From the IMG/VR virus record IMGVR_UViG_3300026302_000005, positions 209,301-273,300 of that record: a DNA stretch of 64,000 bases. One strand, given 5' to 3'. The notes below the pieces were generated by a model, which ran no database searches, was not told the origin of the DNA, and saw only the letters and a program-made list of their open reading frames with translations. The translations under genes and the position numbers were made by a program. Below, piece after piece: positions 26,681-36,530 of the stretch. Numbering within the stretch: position 1 is the first letter of the stretch; every line of letters begins with the position of its first letter. Source of the stretch: a virus. Its lineage: Duplodnaviria; Heunggongvirae; Uroviricota; Caudoviricetes.

Positions 26681-27233
26681 CTACAGCCTCCGCAGGGTTA
26701 TCCGGCCACTCTTGCTCTAGTGCCGGTATGGGTGGATAATACCAGGGTTCTGGTGGTCGTTTCGGTCTGAACCGATCTAGCCATTTCTGTTGACGGGCAT
26801 CTGGATGATCATGGAACCACCAAGGATCGACCAGCTTGGTCAACTTCCGCTGGAATGGCTCCGTCAGGGCTGGAAGTGTCAGAACCAACCTTTCTCGCTT
26901 CATCGGAATGGGATCGACTCCTGGCCCACAGTTTGCGTAAAACTGATCAACCTCAATATCCAGGCAGGTGACGATATCTCGACTGGTGATCATCCATGGG
27001 GTCAGGTCGATCAACTGCACTGAAAGTAGCGTGGTGGGATCGATCTCGATCTCGGCCACCGGCTTTTCCGAATCCTGATACGGCTCTGACAGATACCGGC
27101 ACTTGGTCAGTGCGGCAGCTTCATCATCGGTCAGTTTGGCCATGGTGGTATAGTCGGGACGATCATATCCGGACCACTCCCGCCGTATGATCCGGAATGA
27201 TCCAGGAACGCCCTTGAGTTCGAACGTATCCAT
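26670..27233 (-). CDS. Hypothetical protein (start MDTFEL)
   Basis: GGGG SD at the end of the upstream gene. Confidence 0.7.
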   Translation of the reverse strand: MDTFELKGVPGSFRIIRREWSGYDRPDYTTMAKLTDDEAAALTKCRYLSEPYQDSEKPVAEIEIDPTTLLSVQLIDLTPWMITSRDIVTCLDIEVDQFYANCGPGVDPIPMKRERLVLTLPALTEPFQRKLTKLVDPWWFHDHPDARQQKWLDRFRPKRPPEPWYYPPIPALEQEWPDNPAEAVDGW

Positions 27234-27235
27234 GA

Positions 27236-27985
27236 TCAGCCCCCGTTGGTAAAGCGTTGATAGACGATCCTGTCCACACCCACGGCGAGTTCGAACACCT
27301 TGAGGTTCTTCTCGACCGCACCCTTGTTGGTCTTGAACGAATAGGTGCCGGGGAAGTCCGTCCGGATACTGGCGGATGCGATTTCCATCCACCGTTGTGC
27401 CATTTCGTCATACACCTCGATGTCCAGGGTGGACTCGGCATAGGCCGGAATGCGATCCGATTCGATGACACGCACCTGGATGGCCGCACAAAGATTTTGG
27501 ATCACCGGAGCCACACGTTCCAACACCACTGACCGATAGTCGTTCTTGGTATCCTCAGTGTAGATGCACTGGAATTCCTGTTGATAGAATTCCTTGAGCC
27601 GCATGAACTTCGTGGGCTGTTCCTGTTCACGCCGGAACGACTTGCCGACTTGCCAGAAACAGACGGGTGGTCTCCATGCGGATTGGACGTCAAATACGGC
27701 CCGTGCGTAGGCGTAGGTGCTCGGAGTGGTCTCCGGTCGCAGAACCAGCGGAACAGCCGTCTCCGAGCCGCTCTGTGCGTATACGTCGGCATCAGTGTAT
27801 TCCTGGTTGATGATCGAACGCGGCACCAGAACGGTGCCCTCAATCTGCTCGAATGCCCAGGCTTGGTTCTGGCTCCATAGCGTGTTCTGAACACGGCGAG
27901 CAATCTGTTCCACAGCATGTTGCCGGAACTGAATGTGGGCACCGGTCCAGAAGACCAGGCCATTGATGTTGTGAATGTTATGCAT
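27236..27985 (-). CDS. Class II aminoacyl-tRNA synthetase catalytic core (alpha2 GlyRS-like), no anticodon-binding domain
   Basis: LRPET; motif 2 WQVGKSFRRE..RLKEFYQQEFQ; WMEIAS; motif 3 AVGVDR. Confidence 0.85.
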   Translation of the reverse strand: MHNIHNINGLVFWTGAHIQFRQHAVEQIARRVQNTLWSQNQAWAFEQIEGTVLVPRSIINQEYTDADVYAQSGSETAVPLVLRPETTPSTYAYARAVFDVQSAWRPPVCFWQVGKSFRREQEQPTKFMRLKEFYQQEFQCIYTEDTKNDYRSVVLERVAPVIQNLCAAIQVRVIESDRIPAYAESTLDIEVYDEMAQRWMEIASASIRTDFPGTYSFKTNKGAVEKNLKVFELAVGVDRIVYQRFTNGG

Positions 27986-28496
27986 CGAGTTTCTCGACCT
28001 CATAGAAAGCGGGGGTTTCACCATAGGTCTGGAAGAATTCCATCCTGGCAACACGATAGATATCGTTGGGGTCCTTGTTCGGGTAGGGGGTCCCCAGAAA
28101 ATCCCCCTCTTCCAGGATCATATCTTCCCCCCATGGAGCTTCGAATTTCACAGTGGGGCCCGTGTAGAAGCCACCGATGATCTGGCCCTTGGCAGAGACC
28201 TTGAACCAGGTCTGACCTTCTACCATAAGAACTTCATCAGAGCGATCATACCGATTCACGAACTTTTCGCCACTGATCGGGTAGCGTTCAGCCGAACTGT
28301 TGATCATGATGTTCTGGATCACCCAGTCCCCGGCGAACGTAGGCTTGAGCGTTTCGATGCGACCGGCAACGACTGTGATGACGGTCTCACCTGGCTGGGC
28401 GGGGCGGGCCAACATCACCCCCTGCTTCTGATAGACCCCACCCGCGTTGATGCGGTTGAACAGTTCGATGATCTTGTCTTTCGGCAGATAGTCCAT
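27978..28496 (-). CDS. Hypothetical phage protein
   Basis: GDWVI..E.YPI..F motif; coupled. Confidence 0.7.
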   Translation of the reverse strand: MDYLPKDKIIELFNRINAGGVYQKQGVMLARPAQPGETVITVVAGRIETLKPTFAGDWVIQNIMINSSAERYPISGEKFVNRYDRSDEVLMVEGQTWFKVSAKGQIIGGFYTGPTVKFEAPWGEDMILEEGDFLGTPYPNKDPNDIYRVARMEFFQTYGETPAFYEVEKLDA

Positions 28497-28560
28497 GAAA
28501 AAGGCCCCAGGTTGAGTCACCCAGGGCCTACATGATTCTCTCGATCAGTGCAAGAGGGAT

Positions 28561-28815
28561 TTACGGGCCAGTCTGACCGGCCATCAACGCTTCATACTGG
28601 GCCACGACATCTGCCAGTGGTGCCAGGTTGGATGCGATCACTGCGATGGCCTCATCCGCCATCATGTAGCTGAACACGTTGTCCGGGCTATCCGGAAAAT
28701 ACGCATCACGGATGAGATTCTTGAGAGCTTGCTTACGAGATGCAGCCTCGGCCAACTCTTGAGAGGCCCAAAGTGTGCCGTCTTCGGCACGATACATGGT
28801 TACGGTTTCGGTCAT
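28561..28815 (-). CDS. Hypothetical protein, 84 aa
   Basis: YRAEDGTLW motif; GGAG SD. Confidence 0.7.
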   Translation of the reverse strand: MTETVTMYRAEDGTLWASQELAEAASRKQALKNLIRDAYFPDSPDNVFSYMMADEAIAVIASNLAPLADVVAQYEALMAGQTGP

Positions 28816-28817
28816 GA

Positions 28818-29045
28818 TTATAGGGCTCCCAGGTATGCTGCCACGGTAGAGGCATTCAGTTTGATTCGATCCATGATTTCAGATGCGGATAGTAAACGCA
28901 ATTCACCCACGTCGGTCAGACCTTCCCCAATCATTTCGAACATATCGTTGTGATATGTGGATTGTTCATCACCGGCTTCGGCGTCGGGCTGCGAAGAGTA
29001 GATACGACCTTCCGTATCGGTCCAGTATGTGATAGATGTGGCCAT
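28818..29045 (-). CDS. Hypothetical protein, 75 aa; N-terminus resembles the neighbouring gene
   Basis: AGGAG SD; TAAATA at 29072-29077. Confidence 0.7.
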   Translation of the reverse strand: MATSITYWTDTEGRIYSSQPDAEAGDEQSTYHNDMFEMIGEGLTDVGELRLLSASEIMDRIKLNASTVAAYLGAL

Positions 29046-29087
29046 AACCCAGTCTCCTTGGTGGTTCGTTGTATTTAGTCTGGGTAG

Positions 29088-29267
29088 TTATCCCAAAAGG
29101 ATTTCACGCTTCTGAATCTCATGGGCTTCTTTCAGCACGGCAATTCCGGATACCTGAACCTTCCAACGACCCCCTTCATAGGCGATGATCGTTCCGACCT
29201 GTTTGGTGGCGGATACCATCACGGTGTCCCCGATACGGAAGGCGCTGTTGGTGGTTTCTTTAAGCAT
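29088..29267 (-). CDS. Small SH3/KOW-like protein, 59 aa (MLKETTNSAFRIGDTVMV...)
   Basis: Hand translation; AGGAG SD; TAAATA at 29287-29292. Confidence 0.7.
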   Translation of the reverse strand: MLKETTNSAFRIGDTVMVSATKQVGTIIAYEGGRWKVQVSGIAVLKEAHEIQKREILLG

Positions 29268-29289
29268 GATGGTTTCTCCTCACGAATAT

Positions 29290-29877
29290 TTATCGCTTTC
29301 GGGTTTTCCTACCGGGTAGAATCATCTCCGGAGCATATCTCGATGTGGTATCGAACCAGTAGGGGATGGCGTTGGGGATGTTGACGTGCCCGTGAATGTC
29401 CAGTGGGGAGTAATCAGATGCTACGCCGGTATGAATGGCGATCTCATCGAACAGCCCTTCCATCGTGTAGTAGTGACTGACGATCAAGAGTGTCTGATCG
29501 GTATCCCAGATCGGAAGTAGTTGTTCTGTGAAGAACGAATGAATGCGGACACGGAAGTCACCCTCGGTCTCGTATTCATACCAATTCATAGTCCCCGGGG
29601 CGTCCCAGCACCACTCGTTCAGTCGTGCATCCTGTCGATACGTCCGTTGCCAGTCGTTGATCCCCTGCATGACAATCGAGGCTGTATGGCGGGATCGGGT
29701 GAGGTCTGACGTCCACACGGTATTAACCCCATCGGGTGCCAGATCGAGGACCTGGTATGATGCCAGGTCGGCCTGTTTGGCTCCACGAAGCGACAAGAAG
29801 TTCATCTTGTCGTCTTCATACATACCACCCCAGACGTTGGCTTTTGATTCGCCATGGCGAAGGAAAATGACTTTCAT
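29290..29877 (-). CDS. Histidine phosphatase (phosphoglycerate mutase family)
   Basis: LRHGES, SDLTRS..TA, RLNE, IVSH. Confidence 0.9.
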   Translation of the reverse strand: MKVIFLRHGESKANVWGGMYEDDKMNFLSLRGAKQADLASYQVLDLAPDGVNTVWTSDLTRSRHTASIVMQGINDWQRTYRQDARLNEWCWDAPGTMNWYEYETEGDFRVRIHSFFTEQLLPIWDTDQTLLIVSHYYTMEGLFDEIAIHTGVASDYSPLDIHGHVNIPNAIPYWFDTTSRYAPEMILPGRKTRKR

Positions 29878-30575
29878 GATTGTCCTGTTGTTTGCATGAT
29901 CTGGCCTGGATGTATGCGACCCAGATCGACTTGTTGACGGTTACCGGACCCCATTATCGGGATATCAGCCATGGGATCGATCATGGCTCCCTCTTCGCCC
30001 TCCGGCAATAGAGGTTCAGCCAGTTGGAAGATAGCTTCATACGCGAACAGCAAAAGCTGATCCTGCACATCCTGCACCAGGGCCGCACTGACCTTGCCGA
30101 TCCAGTCGGGGATGATCGGAAGGAATTCCTGATTGTGGCTTTCGTCAACCACGATGGTTCCAGCTTCGGGATCGTATTGCAGCACGAACCGGAAGTATGG
30201 TTGCCCCTGTAGGCTGGCCCAGACACGCCGCAGGAAACTGATGTCATATACGGGTTGATCCAAGATCACTTTTGGTTTGACACCAGTTTGCAACTCGACG
30301 GATGCGAAGATAGTTTCCATATCGGATCGACTGATCAGTCCGTTGGTGAACCCCAACATGCGGGCCTTTTCAGTCACAAGCTCGTCATCCGTGAATGGCT
30401 TGACGGAGGTGAACTTGAACGATTGAGCCTGAGTTTTGCCTTCGGCCATAACTTCCCCGTAAACCCGCAGTTGGTTCTCCGGAGTTTGCTCGATCTGAAT
30501 GACGTTCTCCAGCCGATCCAGTCGGATGATCTGACCCCATTTGGGTCCAAGGTCAATGAGGATACCTGCGGTCAT
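29874..30575 (-). CDS. Hypothetical protein, 233 aa
   Basis: Coupled ORF. Confidence 0.75.
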   Translation of the reverse strand: MTAGILIDLGPKWGQIIRLDRLENVIQIEQTPENQLRVYGEVMAEGKTQAQSFKFTSVKPFTDDELVTEKARMLGFTNGLISRSDMETIFASVELQTGVKPKVILDQPVYDISFLRRVWASLQGQPYFRFVLQYDPEAGTIVVDESHNQEFLPIIPDWIGKVSAALVQDVQDQLLLFAYEAIFQLAEPLLPEGEEGAMIDPMADIPIMGSGNRQQVDLGRIHPGQIMQTTGQS

Positions 30576-31081
30576 CAGATTTCTCCCTTCATGATACGAT
30601 CCATCATTTCGAGTGCATCGGTGTGGTTCTGCATGGTGATACCGTTGTAAGCATCAGTGTGGATGAACCGTGGCTTCTGCTCTTCCATCATGTCAGAGTC
30701 ATCATCCAGTATCATCCATCGGGTTTCTTCGGGATGTTCCAGCAACCAGTCGCGGATTTGGAACCCACGGATGTCAGTGATCCCGTTGATGGTCATCCCC
30801 GTATACCGGGTGGTCCAATCCTTATGTAGGGTTGGATACAATCCGATGGCACCCAGCAGTTGAGAGATACCCACGTAGTTCTGTCCGATTCGCCAGGTCG
30901 ATGAGAACACAATGTAGGTATCCTCTTGCCATGCATCGGCAAGGTATCGAACCCACTTGTTGACCAACCCGACCCCGACGGGATCGATGGCCGCGAATGG
31001 ACTGGACTGCACACCACGGGTGATAGCAGACATAGCACGGCCCGTGCAGAGCACCCCATCCATGTCAAGGAAGATGATCAT
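30575..31081 (-). CDS. HAD-family phosphatase (Swiss-Army-knife RNA-repair-like HAD)
   Basis: FLDMDGVL, SSTWR, ILDDDSD. Confidence 0.85.
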   Translation of the reverse strand: MIIFLDMDGVLCTGRAMSAITRGVQSSPFAAIDPVGVGLVNKWVRYLADAWQEDTYIVFSSTWRIGQNYVGISQLLGAIGLYPTLHKDWTTRYTGMTINGITDIRGFQIRDWLLEHPEETRWMILDDDSDMMEEQKPRFIHTDAYNGITMQNHTDALEMMDRIMKGEI

Positions 31082-31338
31082 TCTTTGACATCCACCGAAT
31101 CGGCATACATCAGTAGCCAGTAAGCCAAGGTTCGTGCTTCTTCCTTGGTATGAACGGATACACGGTTCTCATCGGAGTCACCATTGCTCATTTCCAAGGT
31201 GATGGGGGCGGTATCTCCAGACACCGCGTATACCGTGACCGTCTCATCGCCCCCATCAATCGAGATCGATTTCGGTAGCTGAAATGAGACTGTCGGCTGT
31301 GGTGGCAGGGGTTCTGCCAGGATGGTTGGCGTGGTCAT
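31078..31338 (-). CDS. Hypothetical protein, 86 aa
   Basis: Coupled ORF. Confidence 0.7.
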   Translation of the reverse strand: MTTPTILAEPLPPQPTVSFQLPKSISIDGGDETVTVYAVSGDTAPITLEMSNGDSDENRVSVHTKEEARTLAYWLLMYADSVDVKE

Positions 31339-32126
31339 TCTCGGGTCTTCCTATGCACAATGGTTAGCTCATGGCGGGCGAATGCGGTATCCACACATAG
31401 CTGAATGGCTTTTTCAGCCAGTCGTGCTTCTACCGTCTTCTCTTCATCCTGGGACTGCGAAATCCCACGGAGAAGCTGATCGGAGTTTACCGCTACGTTG
31501 AATGCCACGGATGGATCATCCATGACCACGGGGATGTTCAGGACCATGCTGGTGCTGTGTGAGGATACGTTCCCACCAAACTCCATCGACACGGACTCAT
31601 GACGGGCGGAGATCGTGACGATATCTTCACGACCAGAGCTTGGGGCCGCAGCGTGAATCCGCTTGATCTCGGAAAACTCTTTGATCGCATCGATGTCCCA
31701 CATGAACATGACCGGCCATTTTTCGATGGTGACCGACTTGGGTTTGGTGATGCTGGCCCGGAACGGATCGGTCGTCACATAGACCATTTCGGTTCGGGCA
31801 TTTGGACGGAATACCAGAGAGCCCGCGATCACCCGCTCGTTTTGCTCCCTCACCATGACATCGACCGTCCCGGCACCGGCCTTGGCGATGGATGATCCCA
31901 GGAGTTGGTTCAGATACCCCAGGTTGCCCAGACATGCACGGCTACCCTTGATACTGATGGGGTTCTTGGATACCGAATTGAAGTGGATCGATCCATCGGT
32001 GGCCGAAGCCTTTGCCAGCAACGTTCCATCCGGTTGTTCTTTCAGGTGGACGAACTGGATGATGGAACCGAACGCGGTTACCCGGCTGACCACTTCACGA
32101 AGGAATGGCACAAGATTGTCAGTCAT
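31335..32126 (-). CDS. Probable DNA polymerase sliding clamp (gp45-like)
   Basis: About 263 aa, alpha/beta pattern, directly after polB; motif match is weak. Confidence 0.5.
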   Translation of the reverse strand: MTDNLVPFLREVVSRVTAFGSIIQFVHLKEQPDGTLLAKASATDGSIHFNSVSKNPISIKGSRACLGNLGYLNQLLGSSIAKAGAGTVDVMVREQNERVIAGSLVFRPNARTEMVYVTTDPFRASITKPKSVTIEKWPVMFMWDIDAIKEFSEIKRIHAAAPSSGREDIVTISARHESVSMEFGGNVSSHSTSMVLNIPVVMDDPSVAFNVAVNSDQLLRGISQSQDEEKTVEARLAEKAIQLCVDTAFARHELTIVHRKTRE

Positions 32127-33042
32127 AGAAGTCATCTACCTCTTCTGTTACTTCGGCGGCACAGTTTGTGGGTGGAGTAAAGTTCCAACCCAACACGTCC
32201 CCGATTACGTTGAACAGCTTTTTGTCCAACAGCTTCTCTTCCATTCGGGCTACATCAAACGGCAACCGACTGAACCAGTCTGGGATATAGAGTTCCCCAG
32301 TGCGAATTGCAACAGCATCCATCTGTTCTGGATTCGGTAACAGGTAGATAACCCCAACCTTGTCCCCATCGTGGATGCTATCCCATCGGGTTTCTCCATA
32401 GTGTTCGATCAACCGATTCGTGTTCAACGCGGCCTTGACCGTGAAGTGCATCTGATCGACCTTATCGCCGTATTCACCAGCTTCGACCTGTTCTTCGAAC
32501 ACCCGGTAGGCTTTGGTATGAACGCTCAGGTTTTTCACCCGACCTGGACTAACCTGTTGCCACGGCGGCATGGCCCGGAACGTCTTGCGGAATTCATCCA
32601 CCCGGGCCCGAACCTCATCATACGTCTTGTCCTGTTTGATCACCAGTTCGATGCACTCGGACAAGAAGTCCTGAATGAACGCGGGGGTATCGGAACGCTT
32701 GGTTTCCATACCCATGACTTTGATCTTGTCCGCAGATCGACCTTCGGAGTTGACCACGTGGATAGCGTATCGCTTCTTCTTATCCTTGAACAAGGCTTTG
32801 CGACCGACGTTTTCCCGACCTGGCTTCAAGATGGCCAGGTCCTTCGGAGAACTTAGGAATTTCCTTGATAGAATGTCGGGTAGCTCTGACTCAAGACGGG
32901 CCTGCAACCGGTCAGCCAGTGCCACCATGTTGTCAACCGTCTGTTCAATCCCATGCTTCTCCGCGTGTAGGTCTAGCCGCACGTAACTTGAGTCGGTGTC
33001 CCCCATGAGGACGTGTGTGAATCCGGAACTAGACAATTTCAT
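32119..33042 (-). CDS. Family B DNA polymerase, C-terminal part (motif C, palm/thumb)
   Basis: MGDTDS, KKKRYA, KVMGMETKRSDTP. Confidence 0.85.
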   Translation of the reverse strand: MKLSSSGFTHVLMGDTDSSYVRLDLHAEKHGIEQTVDNMVALADRLQARLESELPDILSRKFLSSPKDLAILKPGRENVGRKALFKDKKKRYAIHVVNSEGRSADKIKVMGMETKRSDTPAFIQDFLSECIELVIKQDKTYDEVRARVDEFRKTFRAMPPWQQVSPGRVKNLSVHTKAYRVFEEQVEAGEYGDKVDQMHFTVKAALNTNRLIEHYGETRWDSIHDGDKVGVIYLLPNPEQMDAVAIRTGELYIPDWFSRLPFDVARMEEKLLDKKLFNVIGDVLGWNFTPPTNCAAEVTEEVDDFYD

Positions 33043-34999
33043 CCTCCAGCAGATGTTCTGCATGATCAGCCATGGCCGATAGGCAGATACGACCGCTCAT
33101 CGTAACGCTGGCACCCATACGAGGATCATAGAACAGACAGAAGGCGTTGAGAAGGGCTCCATAGGTGGAGTTCAGGAAAATCTTCTGAACCTGTTGACGC
33201 ATGTCAAAATAGGCGACTTCAACCTTGATCGTTTCGAGATCGTTCGCCCTGTTTTTCTCAGCCTGCTCCAGCTTGTCCTTGGCGGCTTTCATCTTGCCCT
33301 GGAAATCTTTCCGTTGCAGATACCACTTCTCCAAGCAATACGGGATGATACCTTGTTTGCTACGATCCAAGATCAATCCGAATGCGGTGATGGCCCAGCC
33401 ATTGGCGACGATTTCCTCGTAGAGGTCGGCACCAGTAGTCTCAATCCGTTTGTCCGGATCATCATCCGCCAGATGCTCTTGCACGAACACGACCGGTTCA
33501 TTCGACTGCTCGATCACCCGGTTGTATTCGATGGTGCCGGGGAAGTGTGACCAGGCTTCGGCTGAGTCCATGCCGTTGGCAATCATTGCCATCAGTTTGG
33601 CGATGGTTTCGATAGGATCGATGAACCCGATGATGCACTCCGGGCTGATGTTCAGCATCCGGATCACAGTCGGATACAGGGAGTTGAAGTCAAAGCTGGC
33701 CAGCCAGTTATACAACCCCTTTTGTGGATCAAGAACGAATGCCCCCGGGATCGGGTAGGCCCGCTCTATGGACTTTCTGTCAAAGCACACCAGACCCTGC
33801 TTGTGCAGTTCCTTGAGGATTGCCTGTTCGATAATCGCCACCGAGCCCAGGACCTTATCCAAGGTCACTCCGGCCATGTGTGCCATGGAGTTGGCAAGCC
33901 CAATCATCTTACGCTTGTCATCAATCGCACTCAACCCCATGACGTCTTGGCGGTTGTATGCGGTGAACCGACGGATGTCCCACCGGTATAGCTGATCCAG
34001 CGATCCCTCATAGGGGATTTTCTTCTGCTTCACTTCATGACGAAGAATAGCATCCAGCGAGTAGCTGTGCAGTTCTTCATACGTAAACTTCCGATACAGA
34101 TCGAGGTAGTCCAGGTGAACCCTACCATGCAGGTTGTAGGTCTTTTCCATGTTGCCGTAGTGTTCGACCATCCGCATTGACGGCGGGCAGTCGAAAAGGC
34201 AAAGCTGGTTGATCCACAGTTTGGATTCATCAGTCGGTTGGTATGGGTATTCCTCTGATCCATCTTCCCGAGAGATCACATCGATGGGCTCTCCCCCCAA
34301 CACGATACGAATACGCTGAATCAGATAGGGAAGGTCGAAGAACATACTGTTCCAGCCCGAGATGACATCTGCGGCCTGCATGAGGGCGATGGTCATGATC
34401 AACAGTTGGGCTTCATCCTCAACCACAAAGTAGTTGTGGCCTTCCGTCATGGGCCCCCAGTCATCATCCGGCTGTGGGATATCTGTGAAATCACCACGAA
34501 CGTCCTGATAGTATTTGCCTTCCAGCAAATCCCTGGTCTGCTCTATGGTGAGATTTTCCGGGGGGACAATGATCGTGTCGGCAATGCCGGTGGTCTTGTC
34601 CAAAATGGTAATGGCGTTGATCGGGGCGTATGGATAGTCAACCCGAGAGAACCCCTTCTTGGGGTCCTTATCGACCTCGAGGTCGATCAGTTGAATGGTG
34701 AGCGGTGGACCATCTTCACCTGGATACAACTTCTCCAGCAACCGGTTTACCGGATCGATGTCAGTTTCAAAGACCTGGGTTCCAGAGTCCTGGAACGCCC
34801 TGACAGTCTCTTTCAGTTCTTTGCGGGTAGTGGCAACATACTTCCGGAGTTTGTGGCCGTCGATGCTGGTGTGAGACCCATCCGGGGCCTCAAAATACAT
34901 CTCATACCGAACAGGATGGGTCTTGATCTGACGCTTCCCCTGAGCATCACGCTCGGAGATGTAGATTCTACCCCCTATCTGTTTGGCATCGATATACAA
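33029..34999 (-). CDS. Family B DNA polymerase, N-terminal part (exonuclease, motifs A and B)
   Basis: IDLEV, SGWNSMFFDLPY, YNRQDV, SFDFNSLYP, KIFLNSTYG. Confidence 0.93.
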   Translation of the reverse strand: MYIDAKQIGGRIYISERDAQGKRQIKTHPVRYEMYFEAPDGSHTSIDGHKLRKYVATTRKELKETVRAFQDSGTQVFETDIDPVNRLLEKLYPGEDGPPLTIQLIDLEVDKDPKKGFSRVDYPYAPINAITILDKTTGIADTIIVPPENLTIEQTRDLLEGKYYQDVRGDFTDIPQPDDDWGPMTEGHNYFVVEDEAQLLIMTIALMQAADVISGWNSMFFDLPYLIQRIRIVLGGEPIDVISREDGSEEYPYQPTDESKLWINQLCLFDCPPSMRMVEHYGNMEKTYNLHGRVHLDYLDLYRKFTYEELHSYSLDAILRHEVKQKKIPYEGSLDQLYRWDIRRFTAYNRQDVMGLSAIDDKRKMIGLANSMAHMAGVTLDKVLGSVAIIEQAILKELHKQGLVCFDRKSIERAYPIPGAFVLDPQKGLYNWLASFDFNSLYPTVIRMLNISPECIIGFIDPIETIAKLMAMIANGMDSAEAWSHFPGTIEYNRVIEQSNEPVVFVQEHLADDDPDKRIETTGADLYEEIVANGWAITAFGLILDRSKQGIIPYCLEKWYLQRKDFQGKMKAAKDKLEQAEKNRANDLETIKVEVAYFDMRQQVQKIFLNSTYGALLNAFCLFYDPRMGASVTMSGRICLSAMADHAEHLLEDEIV

Positions 35000-35000
35000 T

Positions 35001-35345
35001 TCAGTCTGCCTCTTTCATCCATTTCGGCTCTGGTTCATTCGGATCATGCATACGTCGCCAGAAATACGCAGGCTCGTTGATCGCAGGATATGGATTTCCC
35101 ATGAGCCAGTCTTCTGCCCCGCAGGTATCACAGGTTCGTTTGGCCGTATTACCGGAGTTTTTGGACCATCGACATTTTTTCCGGTTACCTGGGCATACAT
35201 TATTGCTTGTCCAATCGGATGGAGGTCCATCATCGTTGGATCGTCCAGATTGTTCGGTCAATGTAACGTAGGTTGCTACGTCAGAGTTTGTAATCCTGAT
35301 AAACCATTTGGCGAGTGCCCGTATGGCTCGTTGGAGTATGCTCAT
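35001..35345 (-). CDS. Hypothetical protein with a Cys cluster
   Basis: Coupled ORF. Confidence 0.65.
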   Translation of the reverse strand: MSILQRAIRALAKWFIRITNSDVATYVTLTEQSGRSNDDGPPSDWTSNNVCPGNRKKCRWSKNSGNTAKRTCDTCGAEDWLMGNPYPAINEPAYFWRRMHDPNEPEPKWMKEAD

Positions 35346-35695
35346 TCAGTAGGTTCTCCATCTGCCGCTGGGGCTTTGAAACGATCCCAGGCACTTCCAA
35401 CCCGATCCACCACGGTGGCAGCACCATCACCGATAGCAGCACCGGCTTCGCCCGCATTCTCTTGCAGAGCTTGACCGACTTCGGCAATCCCCTCGGGACC
35501 AACCTCGACCAATGCCAGGATACCCTGAACCGACTCACTCACCGACTTGGACAGTTCGGTAAGACGCTCGATCTGGTTACCAATGTAGATAGTGGCGACA
35601 CCGGCGATGATCAAGGTGAAGATCGATCCAGACCAATGGATCAGCATCTGTTGCCAGAAGCGTTTTCCGAAGAATGATTCGTTATCGGTGCTCAT
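35342..35695 (-). CDS. Membrane-anchored coiled-coil protein
   Basis: Single TMD. Confidence 0.7.
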   Translation of the reverse strand: MSTDNESFFGKRFWQQMLIHWSGSIFTLIIAGVATIYIGNQIERLTELSKSVSESVQGILALVEVGPEGIAEVGQALQENAGEAGAAIGDGAATVVDRVGSAWDRFKAPAADGEPTE

Positions 35696-36045
35696 GCTGC
35701 ATACTCCAGGATGGGGAGCCCCTTGCGTTGGGCTCGGGTTTTCATGTCGTTGGTTCCGGCACCCCCGGGGAATGCCACGAGGATGTCGGGGTTTTGATCC
35801 AGCATCGTTTGGTTCCTACGATGGCCAGCCATTCGTCCGTATCTGGTCCAGTCGGATTTTGCAATAGGGAACGCCTTGGTGGGTATCCCTCGGGACTCGG
35901 CCCATTTGGCACAGATCGTGTCGGCACCGGTAGCGTCTCCGTGGATCAACATCGTGATGGGTTCCTCTGCGTGGATAGCATCCATCCAGGCAAAGGTCTC
36001 ATCTCTCTGTGCCCACCATCGGCCACCGGTAACCAGAACGATCAT
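35692..36045 (-). CDS. SLOG family protein (YspA/DUF2493-like)
   Basis: LVTGGR, IHGDATGAD, AGHRRN..ML, VAFPGGAGT. Confidence 0.88.
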   Translation of the reverse strand: MIVLVTGGRWWAQRDETFAWMDAIHAEEPITMLIHGDATGADTICAKWAESRGIPTKAFPIAKSDWTRYGRMAGHRRNQTMLDQNPDILVAFPGGAGTNDMKTRAQRKGLPILEYAA

Positions 36046-36530
36046 GCTGCACCCGCCTGCACCAGAGCATGAGCGACTTTGAATAACACTTCATCACCCC
36101 AATCGGATCGAGCTAGATTGACCGCAAAACACACTATTCTTACATTGTCTTTCGTATACCCGACACTGGGGATGATACGGTCGAGTGATGGTGTGAGTGG
36201 GTGTGTTTTATATTCACTGGATGATTCGCGAACAAACGGAATTCCAGTCATTTCGCAAACACCCGATTCTAGTTTTTTGGCTACCCATTCAATGTCTAGG
36301 TCGAACGGTAAGCCCATTCTCTTCGCTCGATATTTCGCCCCGCCAAACAGCATCGTTATAGTCCCCGCTGTGGTATTGGAATATTTCGTCCACTGCTGAC
36401 GAACTCGATCTGGGTGTTTGTGAAAAAACCGTCTCGTTCTAACGGCACCACTACACTTTCTACTACAATACACCGCATCAGACCTTCGCCCGATAACAGG
36501 GTTTTCACAACGGGGGCATATCTTAGCCAT
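36042..36530 (-). CDS. HNH-like endonuclease with N-terminal Zn finger
   Basis: CPRC..YCSRKC; CEMTG...SLDRI...GY...NV. Confidence 0.75.
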   Translation of the reverse strand: MAKICPRCENPVIGRRSDAVYCSRKCSGAVRTRRFFHKHPDRVRQQWTKYSNTTAGTITMLFGGAKYRAKRMGLPFDLDIEWVAKKLESGVCEMTGIPFVRESSSEYKTHPLTPSLDRIIPSVGYTKDNVRIVCFAVNLARSDWGDEVLFKVAHALVQAGAA

